From NCBI GenBank assembly GCA_028534125.1, contig CM052816.1, forward strand, positions 25,298,001-25,362,000: a stretch of 64,000 nucleotides of DNA, in the 5' to 3' direction. The stretch is from Lama glama (Eukaryota). Every line of letters starts with the position of its first letter. Positions within the stretch are counted from its first letter, which is position 1. Of this stretch, positions 11,940 through 24,414 are shown piece by piece. The notes beneath the pieces were generated by a model. That model worked only from the letters and a program-made list of their open reading frames with translations. It made no database searches and was not told the origin of the DNA. The position numbers were made by a program, and so were the translations under genes.

Positions 11940-12205
11940 ACTGATCTAACTCAAAATCTACCAAATGCAAGAGTTCTTTACACAACCTCCCTTACAGATG
12001 GTCACTGGGTAGCTGGACTACTTTACATGACAGGAGGCTCATTTCCTCATGAGAAACAGTAAATTCATATTCAGTAGAAAGCCAAAATTAGCTCGTTGAA
12101 ATTTCAACCCATGAATTTTAACTCTGCCTTCTGGAGCAATGTAAAACAAGTTGGCCTCCTTTACTGCATGACAACCCTTCATGTAGATAGCTGTCATTTC
12201 TTGCC
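11940..12205 (-). mobile_element. L3/CR1 LINE fragment
   Basis: caacctcccttacagatggtca...ctctgccttctggagcaatgtaaaacaag...catgacaacccttca resembles the L3 3' region. Confidence 0.65.
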
Positions 12206-14184
12206 CTATAAACAAGTAATAAATTAACTATAAATTGGTAGTCTATTTGTCATTATTATTTAAATCCCCTGAGGCCACATTCTCTTTACCTATTTTCAGG
12301 TCCTCCTCATTTCTTTAAACATACTGTTTAATTCAAAATTTATGTTCTTTTTCCTTAGTCCAAATTACTGAGATTTTACTAAATGCAAAAGCAGATACTT
12401 GCTAGAGTTCTCAGAGATGGTGAATTTAATTTAATAGCCCTCTGAAAATCTGGCACTTAACTAAAGCAAACTCCTATTGTGCCTTCACATCTATTTCCTC
12501 CCACAGAAGGATTTAAAAATCAGATTGCAAATCCTGTTACTGCTGGTCTGTGTGGTTGACAGGTATTCCTTGGGTTTACTTGGAGTCGGCAATGAGATTA
12601 CCTAATCCCAAGAGTCCTATTTTCCCTTTTGCCTAAGGCCTTCCTGGTATTAATTAGGAGTAAGGAGAGGTGCAGAATTAACTCTTTCAGGAACAACATT
12701 TGCCTTCCTCTCATTAAATGCACTGCAGCAATAATGATGTAATAACACCTTCACTGTTGAGGTTGCCATATTTAAAGGAATTCTCTGGTGTACTAGAGGG
12801 AGTTTGTAGAGCTAATTCTTAGCCAGAGCTACAAGGGAAGGATCTGAGATTTTTTTTTCGACAGTTTGCTCAGTATCATTATTCTTGGGGACTAACTACT
12901 TTTGAAAGATTGCCTTGTTGTTTGTGGCTGGTTTGTTGTCTTTCTCTGACCTTCCTAAATGGTGATGATGCCGGTCTTGTGATAGCAATATTGCCATCTG
13001 GCTCTGTGTTCCTTTGAACTGATGCCATGTGGAAGAATTCTTCTCTTTCTCTGTATTCCTCAACAATAAATAAAGATGTTTAATTCAGGTTTTCTGGAGA
13101 GTTTTATCAGTGCCAATAGCTTGCCCTGTCATTGTACACAGTGGTAGCAATTGCTCCATTTTTTTAAAGTGTGCTCTTACATAGAAGTCTTCAAAAGCAT
13201 TTTGAAAAAGCATCTTTACTTGTATAATACAAATAGTGTTTTGGAACTACTAAAAGCAGTGATTTATGCAGGGTCGAGAACTAGGCAAACAGGCTTCATC
13301 TCTACATATGTCTTCCCTGTGAACTTCCTCCTGGAATTATACAGGATGAGACAAGTCTAGAGGAACTATACTCTTCAAGAGGAGAAGAAATGGCCTTGTC
13401 GAAGACAGAGCCAGGTGAAATCAATTCTCACGTCACATGTGAATGTTCAGGGCTTAAAAAGTAATTTTTTAAAAAGTCTTGTTAGAACAAGGTATCCATT
13501 AAATGTAGAGAGCCATGCTATTTTGGTAGGTGGAAAGTTAGGCTGTAAGAATTTTGACAGCTAATTTAGAACTTATGAGATGAGTCATGGTAGGGAAATG
13601 AAAACTGAAGTTTGATTCTCATTGCTATTTTATTGCATCTTTCTAATTTAAAAGTCATTATTGGAGAAGGTACATTTCATAATAGTAAGAACACACTGAG
13701 TAGCATAAACCATTCATTTCTTGGAAAATAAGAGAAATTTCTATGAATGTCTTTTGTTTGCAGCTAAACTTTGAGCATTTTGGGGCCAATTTCCATGCTA
13801 GGAGAAATGAACTTCAAGAGAGTAGAGTGGTCTTTTTGACTTTTCTCTAGGTTGTATCTGAAGAAAGATATTTAAGAAAATGATAGGAAAGAAATAATTC
13901 CACATGATTCCTCCTACTGTTAAAGTTAACTAAGCTCAAATATTAGTTTTAAAGATAACATATACTCAAATGGTATATTATATCATTGCTTCAGGACTTT
14001 ATGATCTTGGTGAATCTACTCACATAGTTGTCAAAGAGAAAAAAAGACAATGCTAAGTACTCTAAATAAATAATGTTCAGATTATCATTTAGAATGTATT
14101 TAAAATGTTTAAAGCATTGTAATACTCAGAATGGTCCCATGTCATATTATCCAAGTCTTAGAGGAACAGTATGAAGTTACTAAA

Positions 14185-14275
14185 ATTATGTGTTATCTCT
14201 ACTTTACAGATGAGTAAACTAGAACAGAAATTTAATGACAGTAATGGGTCTAGATTACAGGGCAATTAATGACTT
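14185..14275 (-). mobile_element. MIR fragment
   Basis: ttatctctactttacagatgagtaaact (core, antisense). Confidence 0.55.
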
Positions 14276-15369
14276 ATTTTGTGTACCTACCATTTTCCTC
14301 TCTGAATCTCCCAGGATTCTGTAGCACACTGTTGTGAAGAAGAGTAAGACTCTCTGGCTGCAATCTCTGTTGTTATATTTCCATTCATCATACATATCAT
14401 AATATATCATAGTAAGGTTGATCCATGAATAGTAGGAATTTATCCACCAAACCAGAGCAATTTTGAGAGCGAATGGAAATGCTACTAATAACTATGCTGG
14501 GATTTTGTGTTCACTCTAATTATGAGTAGAGATTGAAAAATGTAAGCCACAGAAAATTTTGTGGTTTTGTTTTTCAATTTTGTTTGTCTTGTTTTGCCAC
14601 AAGAGTGAGAATCCTTTTCTTATGTTTGTGAGGATGTTTGTTTGTTTGTTTGTTGCCTGGGTAAGTGGTGATTGACTAAGTTTTGGTCTTAACTTGCATG
14701 GGGCATGTGTCCTCTCTTCATTTCTTAATATCTCAGAGACTATTATGCGGGTTAGTCAGCCATATTTAGGTAAATTATATAAAATAACAATTATAAAGAA
14801 AACTTTTTATCTTTACAGGTTTTTTAGATGTATGTGTGCATGTGTGTGTATATATGTATTTGAACATATATTTTTTTCTTGTGACAAAAGGATAGATGGG
14901 AGTAATAGAAATGACTAACATTGGGTACTTTTTAAAACACTCAAATGTTGCATAAATATTTTTCAGAGCTCACTAAAATTTAATTTTGGATTACCAAGGG
15001 TTAATCCAGACAAAATAATCCAGTGCTTACATTACTAGATTTTAAGTTTTATTTCTTGATAGCAATTACTCAATCTGAAATTAGTTATCTTTTAATGAGG
15101 GATTTTAATGTATTATACTAAAATTGTTACCACTAAGCTATTTGTATTTATTTCTACCTACCTCTGTTATATTTTTCTCCTATTTTCTGTTTCTTAATAT
15201 TTTCCTAATTTGCTTTTTCCTTTCTTAATTATTATTTGGTTGGTCATATTTTTTGGTTCTTATTTTTTTTCAAATAGGTAATTCTAACTCTATTAATATT
15301 TCATTAGTAAGTGCCATATGTTTGTAACTAAAGAGTTTTGGATAATAATACCTAACAATAATAAAACAA

Positions 15370-15812
15370 ATCAGTTAACTATAACACTCAATCTTGCTTT
15401 GATGACAAATAACCTCCAAACCTCGGTGGTTTACCACAAAAACTCATTTCTCACTTATGTTTCGTGTCATCTGAAGGTTGCAGGTTGACTGTGGCTTTAC
15501 TGCATTTATCTTGTTCATTCCAGAATCAAGCTGTAGGAGTAGTCCCTTTTTAGGAACTGCTATTCTTTTGGTGAACATAATGAATGAATAAATGAATGAA
15601 TAAATAAACAGAAGTAGGCCCTCAAAACTTTCAAAACTTCACATTGTATATAGTGTATTTAATATCTCCTCACCTCCCATTGGCCAAAGCATGTCACATG
15701 TCCATGATATCAAGAGGGTTGGACTGTATGTTTCTCTTATAAAATGATGCTTCAAGTCACATGGCAACAGAGAGGGTAGAGAATAATTGGAAATGATGAC
15801 ACAGTTTACTAC
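15370..15812 (-). mobile_element. Old MaLR LTR (MLT1J/K-like)
   Basis: gacaaataacctccaaacctcggtggttta...cccattggccaaagcatgtcacatg...gaataattggaaatgatgacacagtttactaca. Confidence 0.7.
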
Positions 15813-16704
15813 AGTAACTCTAGCCTGTTGCTCTGATAAAACAAGATCAACATGTACTGAACCCATATAGGGTTGGGGATACTGTAAGGAACAAAACTAT
15901 CCTTGAATCGATGAAACTTACATTCAGCTTGTGACTTTCCTACCTCACTACTCTTCTGGTTTTGTTTTGAAATTATGTGAAACTTGCACCAAGTTTTTCC
16001 TGAATTTTAAATACTCCCTTTGTAAAGTAGTCTATTCTTATTCTAAGAATTTAGTATCCTGTCAAATCTCTCTAGGAATACAAACACCTTTTTTAAAGTT
16101 TTCTTCTATTTCTGTTGTCAACTTTACTTTCTCTGGTGAGAATTTATCCTTTTATGTAGTTTACGTGTTCAGGTATATCTTTATTCTGTGTAGACTTTTC
16201 TCTTCTTACTGTGATTAATCTATGTTGACCACTACAGAGGTCTTCCTCAGTTCAAGTGAGTATCACTGTTTTCCAGGCAAGATGTGCATTCTGCCCACAA
16301 GTCATCTGGCTATAGCGAATAATCAGTAGCAAATAACGAGGAAGGGGCTTGGTATGTGGGAGCAGTGAAAATTATGTTTAGTTGGTTTTATTTTAAGGTA
16401 CCTGGAGAGCTTATCTTTTACATACAGGTAATTCTTATATACTGTGAAAGTTATTTAGGCTCTTGCTCCATTTCTGTCTGTATCCTCAAAGTCCACTCTG
16501 TAAGTTCCCCATGGAAAAGTTGCCATAGGACTTAAAGAACTTATCTCCCTGCTTTATCCCTGAGAACAAACACCAGAGTCAGTGCATTAAGTGTTGAGTT
16601 TAGCCCAGTGATTCACAATCCTTTAAATAATATTCAAAGATTGTCTCAGAGCCCACTCCTGCTGCCTCTGATCTGAAAGTTCCTCCAGGTACAACAGCTA
16701 CTTA

Positions 16705-17089
16705 AAGGGAGACATGCAAGGTGAGTGAGGATTTTGCCATAGACACCAAGTAAAGTAGGTGCTAAAACACTTGGTAATCAGGGTAAATAATACAGTAGTG
16801 CAGTATTTTAAAAGAACCCAAAATAATGCAAAAATCTAGGATGGATAAAATGGCAAACTTTAAGTAAAGACAAAATCACTAACAGTGCTATGCTGAGCCA
16901 TGTTGAAGCATAAGGCAAAAGGAAAAATGAGTAATACTAATATTTTTGATAGTGGAGTCTTGTTACTAATTTTGATTTTTTTAAATATTATTTCTTGGTA
17001 TTACTGAATTTTTTTGGCATCACCTGAAGTTTTGCATTCAAGGCAAGTTCCTCACTCGTCTCTTTTACCTCACCCTAGTCATGATTGTG
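16705..17089 (+). mobile_element. MER96B-like hAT MITE
   Basis: Long degenerate inverted arms; centre aacagtgctatgctgagccatgttgaagcataaggcaaaaggaaaaatgagtaatac; end cctcaccctagtc. Confidence 0.8.
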
Positions 17090-17964
17090 ACTCAGGGCCC
17101 TTCTGTCAAACCTTATCATTTCAGCAGTTTTATGTTCCATTTATATTACGTCAGCGGTGCTTTGACTTTGTTGGGTTAAATTAAAAAAACAAAACAAAAA
17201 AACCCTCATCTATCAGCTTTAGAGCTTTTCCAACTTTCCCAATATTACTGTCCACCGATGGAATTTTTTTTTCCCCTGCACTGCTATAGATTTACTCTCA
17301 TTTTTTGTTTTGTTTTGTTTTTTTCCCAGTAGAATTTTAGGAGAGACTTAAGGTAAACTTGTATGTATATATGTACTCAGCCATGTTGAAGTGGAAGCTG
17401 GCAACAGATAGAAGAGCAAGAGAAAATGGTAAAATCATGTGGCAAGCGAGGGAAAGATAGGGAAGAGAGATGCCACACCCAAGTAAAAACTCTTAATTAT
17501 CTTTTAAATGGCCACTGTCTTTCCTTCAAAAATAGTGGAAGAATATGAGTTGGGCATATTTTAGAATTTGGAAGTAAAACGTTTGAGTAAAAAGAAGATA
17601 GATCAATTGGGTCTTTTCAATCCAGGCCTAAAGAAATAATCTATAAAAGTAGTAAGACGAACAACTCTGCTTCCATTTTCTCTGAAAACTTCAAAGTATT
17701 ATAAAGATAGATTCATTGAAATAGAGACACATAACTAAGCAAATAAGGAGAATTTAAAATCATTGCATTTTTTTAAAAAATCTCTTAAATTCAGGTAAAA
17801 GAGTCAAGAGTATCCCATGTTGTATTGTGATGGAGACCTTAACCAGCTGATGCTGACCTGTTTTGCTCTAGCAAAACCTTCCTTTTTGTCCCATTGGCTG
17901 TTCAAGTCAGAACACCAAATGACGAATTTATGTCGCAAACACTGAAGTGTTAAAAGAAAAACAT

Positions 17965-18224
17965 AACATCTACTGTTTATCGATTGCTTAATGTGTGTCA
18001 GAGACTTAAGATTCTATCTCAGGTCATCTTCACGACACACACACAAAAATGTGTGCCTAGAAATTAAAACTTCTCTAATTTTATTTAAAAAAAAACACAA
18101 AAAAACCAAATACAGGCTGAAGAAGTGAAATGACTTGATGAAGATCACGCATATAACATTTGCTAAGCTGGGGTCCTGCTTGGCCTCTCTGATCCCAAGC
18201 CTGTGCTCTCAACCATTATATCAC
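17965..18224 (-). mobile_element. MIR SINE
   Basis: aggctgaagaagtgaaatgacttgatgaagatcac...ctctctgatcccaagcctgtgctctcaaccatta. Confidence 0.7.
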
Positions 18225-18882
18225 AGGGGTATCTTTTCTTCTATATTAGTGATCAGGTTAATAGCCCAGTAAGCTTGGACCAGTTAGTAGAGGACCCCAA
18301 TTGTCTCTCTCTTCAGTCATTTCATTAAAACCTGTTCATTGTGAGTGTGTAATTTACCTTTGTACTTCAGTTTTCACATGTATAAAGTAAAAGACTCCTA
18401 CTAACTCCTTGATTCTGTGATAATTATCAACAAGCCATTTGTTCTAAGTAGCTCATAAGTGGAGGCTCTAGTGACCTAAATGGTAAACTAAGAGAATGCA
18501 ATTTAAACAGGCAAATTTTAAGGAAACAGAAGTAATCTCCGTATTTTCATGCAGCTCTTTTTATTTTCATTCTCTCCTTTTCATTTTGAATCACTCTTCT
18601 TTTTTTTTTTTATGCACCAGCTTTGTCTTTCTTCCATCTTGTGGTAATAGAACCAATAGTTTCATTTGGCCTTGTTTCTGTCCCAGCTTTTTCCCACCAT
18701 TGAAAACCACACCACCTTTAGATGAGTAAGATACCGCAGTCCCACGTCAGAAGATGCCTAACGTTTCCCTGAAGGGCAGTGCCACTGAGAACCTGAGAGA
18801 CAGCCTACTGAGTTACCTCACCAGTCAGAAGTGCTGGTTGAGCTTTACTTTCTGGAGTCTGTTTTTATTAAAATGATGTGTT

Positions 18883-19615
18883 ATCAGGGAACATCAAATT
18901 AAAAGAATGAGACCCCCATCTCACAACCGTTGGACTAAAATTTTGAAAATCCTGGAGAGGATGTCAATCAACAGAGACGGTCATAAATTGCTTTGTGGAG
19001 GGGAGGGAAACTTGTACAACCATTTTAGAGAGCAATTTATCAAAATATCAGAAATTTGAAAATATGCATGCCTGAGGACTCGGCAGTTTCACAGTCATAC
19101 ATGTGCACCCAGATAAATTCTAAAAATGTTCACCGTAGCATCATGGTGTTATGGAAAAACTAAATAACTTAAATGTTTATCAGCAGAAGAGCAGGAACGT
19201 GAACTGTGATTTTTGCAAGTAATAGGGATACTAATCATAAATCAAAATAAAGAATCAGAGCTATATGTAACAACATGAAAAAATCTGAAAGCCTAATATT
19301 GAGGGCAATAAAAAGCTGCGGAATGGTACATACTATACGAAACCATTTAAATAGTTTTAAAACATGAAACAATAGACTATTTTGTTTATAAGTATATAGT
19401 TCAAAACTTAGTGAAAGGGCTTGGAGAATGACAGGATTAGGACAAGATTAGGACAATTGCTAATTCTGGGAAAAAAGTGATTAGGTTCATGGGGCAGAGA
19501 GTTTCAGTTATATTTGTTGTCCCTAATTCTTAAATAAGCAATGTATATAAGGCTATTTGTTTTATTATTTTCATGCTTTTTTTCATGCCTTACATATTGT
19601 ACAATAATAAAAGTA
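18883..19615 (+). mobile_element. L1ME-type 3' fragment (end of ORF2 plus 3'UTR)
   Basis: atcagggaacatcaaattaaaag...tacaaccattttagagagcaattt...aatatgcatgcc; ends near aataataaaa. Confidence 0.75.
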
Positions 19616-19647
19616 AACTTTTTTTATTTTCTAAATATGGAATTATA

Positions 19648-19762
19648 TAGTCCTCCCTTTATATCTGCAGGGCATTGGTTCCAACCCACCATGGTTACCA
19701 AATTCCGTGGTTGCTCAGGTTCCTTTTATAAAATGGATCTGCGATTATAGAGGGCTGTTATG
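19648..19762 (+). mobile_element. Internally deleted MER2 (Tigger-derived MITE)
   Basis: TA then tagtcctccc...ggcattggttcca...ccaaattccgtggttgctcaggttccttttataaaatgg, joined to the right end gagggctg. Confidence 0.75.
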
Positions 19763-20399
19763 AGATTCAATATTTTTTTTTTCAAATTACTGACATTTTT
19801 CTCATAGATGTAAGTATATCCCCAGTGAGAATGAGAACCATTGCTCTAACCAATCCCCACTTAAATTAATTTACTCATCCAACATAATTTAAAGTTCCAG
19901 CTATGTATTTAACCGGGTACTACTTTATGATGTTGACCACCATTTCCACTTCCCCCTCTAGGAGAACCCAAACTTTCTGTGAAATGGTAGAAATCAGAGG
20001 TCAGGAGAGCAGTCTAGTTAGCATGTTACTAGATTGGTCCAACCCCAAGAAATTTACCCTGAGCTCATGGCTACTGCTGTGGGGAACCACAATGACTTAC
20101 TCACAGTGAAAGGAAAAATTTTGGTCAGCAGCTACCCAAATTCTCAAGTGCACAGGCTTGAGGCAAACTTTGACTGTATCATTTAGATTCTTTCCCCTTC
20201 TGATATCGTTCTTTGCATCACATTGCTTTGTAATCTGCCACAGTAAGTGAATCTTGGGAGGCAATGTGTGGTTTGGCCTTCAGTGACTCTTTGTTTCCTT
20301 GTGAGTTTCTTTACATAAGGTCATTAAAATAAGGTTTGGTCTCCACTGCCAAGTTAGTAAGAATCATTTTCTACATAGTTTGGCCTCCACAGAGACCTT

Positions 20400-21349
20400 G
20401 AACTCCATATCCTTGGCTCCCTAACTCTTATTCTTGAATGAAGTACATCATCCTACTTTTTCTGCAAGTATTCACAGCTCAGGAACTTACGTTTTTTGGT
20501 TTTGTTCTTTCCTTCTTGAACTTACTTACTGAACTCTTCTAGTCAATCTCTCCTTGGCAACCTCAGTAGTTTCCCCACCCCATCTCACCTGAGGTACTCA
20601 TTTCATAGCTACGTCCTACATCTCTGTCTTCAAATGAACCATCTCTTCATTAGCTTATCTCATTTTACCTCTTTTACCCAGTTCCTTTCTTGTGCAACCA
20701 TTCTTGGGCAAGAGCTCCAGCACATTAACACCACAGCTTTTTTCATTGCTGAAAACCCTCTTAGCCCTTCTGTTCCCTGGATGGGATTCCAGGGGCCACG
20801 ACTGAAACCCTCCTTTGCAGATACCCTCAAATCCCTGGTCTCTCTCTCCATTGTACTCACTTAGCAAATCCTGGCTCTGGTTAAACCCAGATATCTGTTT
20901 TCTCTGTGGCTGAACCCAAGCAACCAAATATTGCAGGAGAAAAATTACATAATCTGTTAACTGAAATCATTTAAATACAACACAGAAATCTCAAAATAAA
21001 ATTCAACAGTAACCTAGTTCTGTTTTCCTGCTAAGTTTTCATTTTCACTTTCCAAGGTGAATCATAATTTTTCTCTGTAATTTTGAAACTTTTCATCTCT
21101 GACCTCTATTTCATATTACTCATAACTTAAAACTTTGTCTCATACTTAATTGAGAAAAAAAAGTAAAGTTTAAATTTCTTAATGACCCAGCAAACATTTC
21201 TACAAACTTTTGTGCATTTGTACTCTTAACGCTCTATCTTACTCCTCTAAAAAAGATAGACACATCCAAGTCTCTATTAATAGCCAATGTATCCACTTGT
21301 GTTGTATATTATTTACTATTTTGTCTTCTAAATGACTTTGCTCCTGGGG
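20400..21349 (+). mobile_element. L2 LINE internal fragment (left part, interrupted by MLT1F)
   Basis: Pyrimidine-rich L2 ORF2 remnant, e.g. gcaaatcctggctctggttaaaccc...caggagaaaaattacataa; ends gactttgctcc. Confidence 0.7.
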
Positions 21350-22811
21350 TGTATCAGGTATTTATTGTTGCATAACAAACTCTTCTGAAACCCAGCAGCC
21401 AAAAATAATAAACATTTATTATCTTACAGTTTCTAAGGGTCAGGATTCCAAGAGTGGCTTAGCTGGGTGAATCTGGACCAAGATCTCTCACAAGTTTTCA
21501 GTCAAACCATCTGAGACCACAGTCATCACACTGTTTAATTAGGGCTAGAGGATCTACTTTGAAACTCATTCAGATGGCCATTGGTGAGTTTCTCACTATT
21601 AGCTGGAGGCTTTAGTCCCCCACCACTTGGGCCTCTCCATGGGGCTGCTCAAAATATGATAGCCTGTTCACCCCAGAAGTGATAAAAAAAAACAAGAAGA
21701 CAATGAGAGACAGAAAGATTAAGTGGAAGCTGTAGCTTATTATAAAATAATTTTGGAAGAGACTGTCCCATCACTTCAATTACATGTTCTTGGTCACTGT
21801 GACCTTGAAAAATATATATATATTGGTCTCTGCCCTGGTTCTTCACACAGAGCTCTTTAAATCCTTGTAATTTCTTAAGTGATATGAGCACTAGGAGCCT
21901 ACTCTGTTCTAATATTTGGTCTTTGATCCTGATTCCTGACACAGAGTTCCTAAATCCCTTAGAATTTCCTTGGTGATAGCAGTATCTTTTGTTGTAAATG
22001 AGATGACTCTTGGTGGGGGCTGGTCACCAGAAAGACCAAGCTGTGATTAAAAGTTTGGAATTCAACCCAACCTCCCATTCTCCAGAGGGAGGAGAGGGAT
22101 TAGAAATGAAGTTAATGATTGATCATGCTTATGTGATGAGCCTTTGTAAAAATTCCCAAAGTTTGGGATATGGAGACCTTCCTAGTTGGTGAACACATGG
22201 AGATGGTGAGAGAGTGTCACTCATAGAGTGAACGTGAAAGCACAGAGCTTATTTCCACATATTACCCTACACATGTCTTTCATCTGGATATTCATCTATA
22301 TCTTTTATCATATAATTTTATAATAAACTGGTAAACAGTAAATAAATGATTTTCCTGAGTTTTGTGAGCCACTCTAGCAAATCAGTTGAACCAAAGAGAG
22401 TCATGGGAACTTCCAATTTATACAGTCTATCAGTCAGAATCACAGGTGACAACCTGAGCTTGCAATTGGCATCTGAAGTGGAGGGGGGCAGTTTTGTGGG
22501 GTGAACCCTTAACCTGTGGAATCTGACACTATGTCCAGGTAGATAGTGACAGAATTTAGTTAAATTGTAGGACACCCATCTGATGTCTCAGAGAATTGCT
22601 TGGTGTGGGAAAAACCCACATACATCTGGTTTCAGAAGTGTTATGAGTATGGTAGTAGTGTGAGAAAAAAGAAGAAACACAAGAAGAGTACTGAGGTTTT
22701 TCCTTCTCAGTCACATAGCCCAACCCTGATACAACTGGCATGAGTCTACCCAAGTGCATGAGTAACAAGAGGTAGGATAATTGGGAGCCATCTTGGAGGA
22801 CAGCTGCCACA
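21350..22811 (-). mobile_element. MLT1F-like MaLR LTR split by MER21C (parts 21350-21797 and 22715-22811)
   Basis: tgtatcagg...ttggtcac and atagcccaaccctgatacaa...gccatcttggaggacagctgccaca rejoin into one continuous MLT1F. Confidence 0.85.
21798..22709 (+). mobile_element. Complete ERVL solo LTR, MER21C-like
   Basis: TG...CA termini; perfect 5-bp TSD GTCAC at 21793-21797 and 22710-22714; internal aataaa near 22322. Confidence 0.9.
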
Positions 22812-23190
22812 TGCAGCTACTCCTGTACAGCCTAGATTGTAAATACCTCTCTCACTATTGGAGCATTCCCACCAGCATACAAATTTGCTTCTATGAAAAA
22901 AGAAAACTCCCATGCCCTCGCATTTCCCTCCATCTGCCTCTGAATCTGTTTGCCAAAACTCACTGCCAAACTTCGCAGGACTTGTCAATAACCACTGTCA
23001 CCATGCTACAGCACTTTTCATTCATTCTTTAATTCCCTCCTCTGTTTTCTGGCTATACCACTCCTCTGAAATAATTCTTGTCCAAATCAGCAACAATTTT
23101 ACATTGCCAATTCTAAAGGACCCTAATCTACCTTCATCTATCCATAGCTGCCTGCTAGCATCATTTTAAAATTATGGTTTCTCTCTTGCT
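22812..23190 (+). mobile_element. L2 LINE internal fragment (right part)
   Basis: gcattcccaccagcatacaaa...ccactcctctgaaataattcttgtccaaatcagcaacaattttacattgccaa. Confidence 0.75.
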
Positions 23191-23197
23191 TTGCATG

Positions 23198-23890
23198 CAG
23201 AGGTGAATTTAGGTTTTGTGAGACTTGAAGCATATACAATTTTGGACACCCTACCTAAAACTAAAAACTCACAGTTATAATACCAGATATGAAAGTATAT
23301 ATGTATTTAGAATGAACAATAAATCACAGAAAACGTAAATACTAAAAACTAAAAAAACGCCGCCAATATCAAAAACAGAACAGAAAATAATACACCTCTC
23401 TCCTTTTTTTCTTACAGATTTGACTGAATACTCTTTATTACCTCTTCATATAATAATGATCTTGATATATTATTTTTCATTGTGAGAGTAGAAAGATAAT
23501 TCAGCTTCTCTCTGAAATGGCTAATCCAATATCCTTTTCATTATTTTTAGTTTAGACAACTTACTTTCAGCTTAACAACTCATCAATGATTGTTAGCATT
23601 GTTGTCAAATTTGGAAATTTTTCTTCTCAATACAAGCAACAAAATTTTGATTAACTTCCACAGTTCCCACAGAACTCCATACATTCAAACTTTATTTCTC
23701 CTTCAGTCCTTTCTGGGCATCATGCTAATCCTTCTATTTTTTTACTTTACACTCACACTGCCAAGTGAGTTAGCATGATAGGCATCCTGGGTGGTTCTGG
23801 AGGCCATTCCTACTCTGGAGTGGCTAGCAAAACTTAACCATACACAACAGTGGACTGTGAATTACATAAGTTTATCCTACTAAATCTGAA
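23198..23890 (+). mobile_element. hAT DNA transposon remnant (MER53/MamRep38-like end)
   Basis: cagaggtgaatttaggttttgtgagacttgaagcatatacaattttgg...tatttagaatgaacaataaatcaca; right boundary uncertain. Confidence 0.55.
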
Positions 23891-23943
23891 GTGAATGAAT
23901 GTATGAATGTGTTATATGCAAAAGTACAAATGTATGTGATGTG

Positions 23944-24414
23944 TGTAGATTAATTTTCTATTGCTGTGTAACAGATGAGTACACCCTTAGCAGCTTAAAA
24001 CAATGCATACTCATTATCTCACAGTTTCCATGGGTCAAGAGTCTGGGCAAAATCTAGTTGGGTTCTCTGTTGAGTGTCTCAAAAGGCTATTCTTAATGTT
24101 AGCCAGGACTAGGTTCTTATCAGAGTCTCAACTGGGGAAAAATCTACTTCCAAGCATCTATACAGATTCCTTGCACCTGTAGGATTCATGGCAGCCAACT
24201 TTAAAGCATGTAACAAGGCAAAAGTCTAGTAAGATAGAGACTACAGTCTTATGTAATCATATACATGTAATCACTCGTTACATCACCTTTGTTGCATTAT
24301 ACTGGTTAGAAGCAAGTCATATGCTCTGCCTGTAATGAAAAGAAGGGGATTACACAAAGGCATGAACACCAGGAGATAAGGATGATGGGGCCATCTTCAA
24401 ATCTTTTCACCACA
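23944..24414 (-). mobile_element. MaLR solo LTR (MLT1E-like)
   Basis: ttttctattgctgtgtaaca...cttagcagcttaaaacaa...ggggattacacaaaggcatgaacaccaggag...caccaca. Confidence 0.8.

Noticed and set aside
12507..12562. Possible 56-nt exon (cccacAG...cag/GTATTC)
   Set aside because: Weak donor, unrecognised peptide and no other support.
21649..22810. Several ORFs of 60-97 aa
   Set aside because: All lie within the MLT1F/MER21C LTRs; no gag/pol/env similarity.
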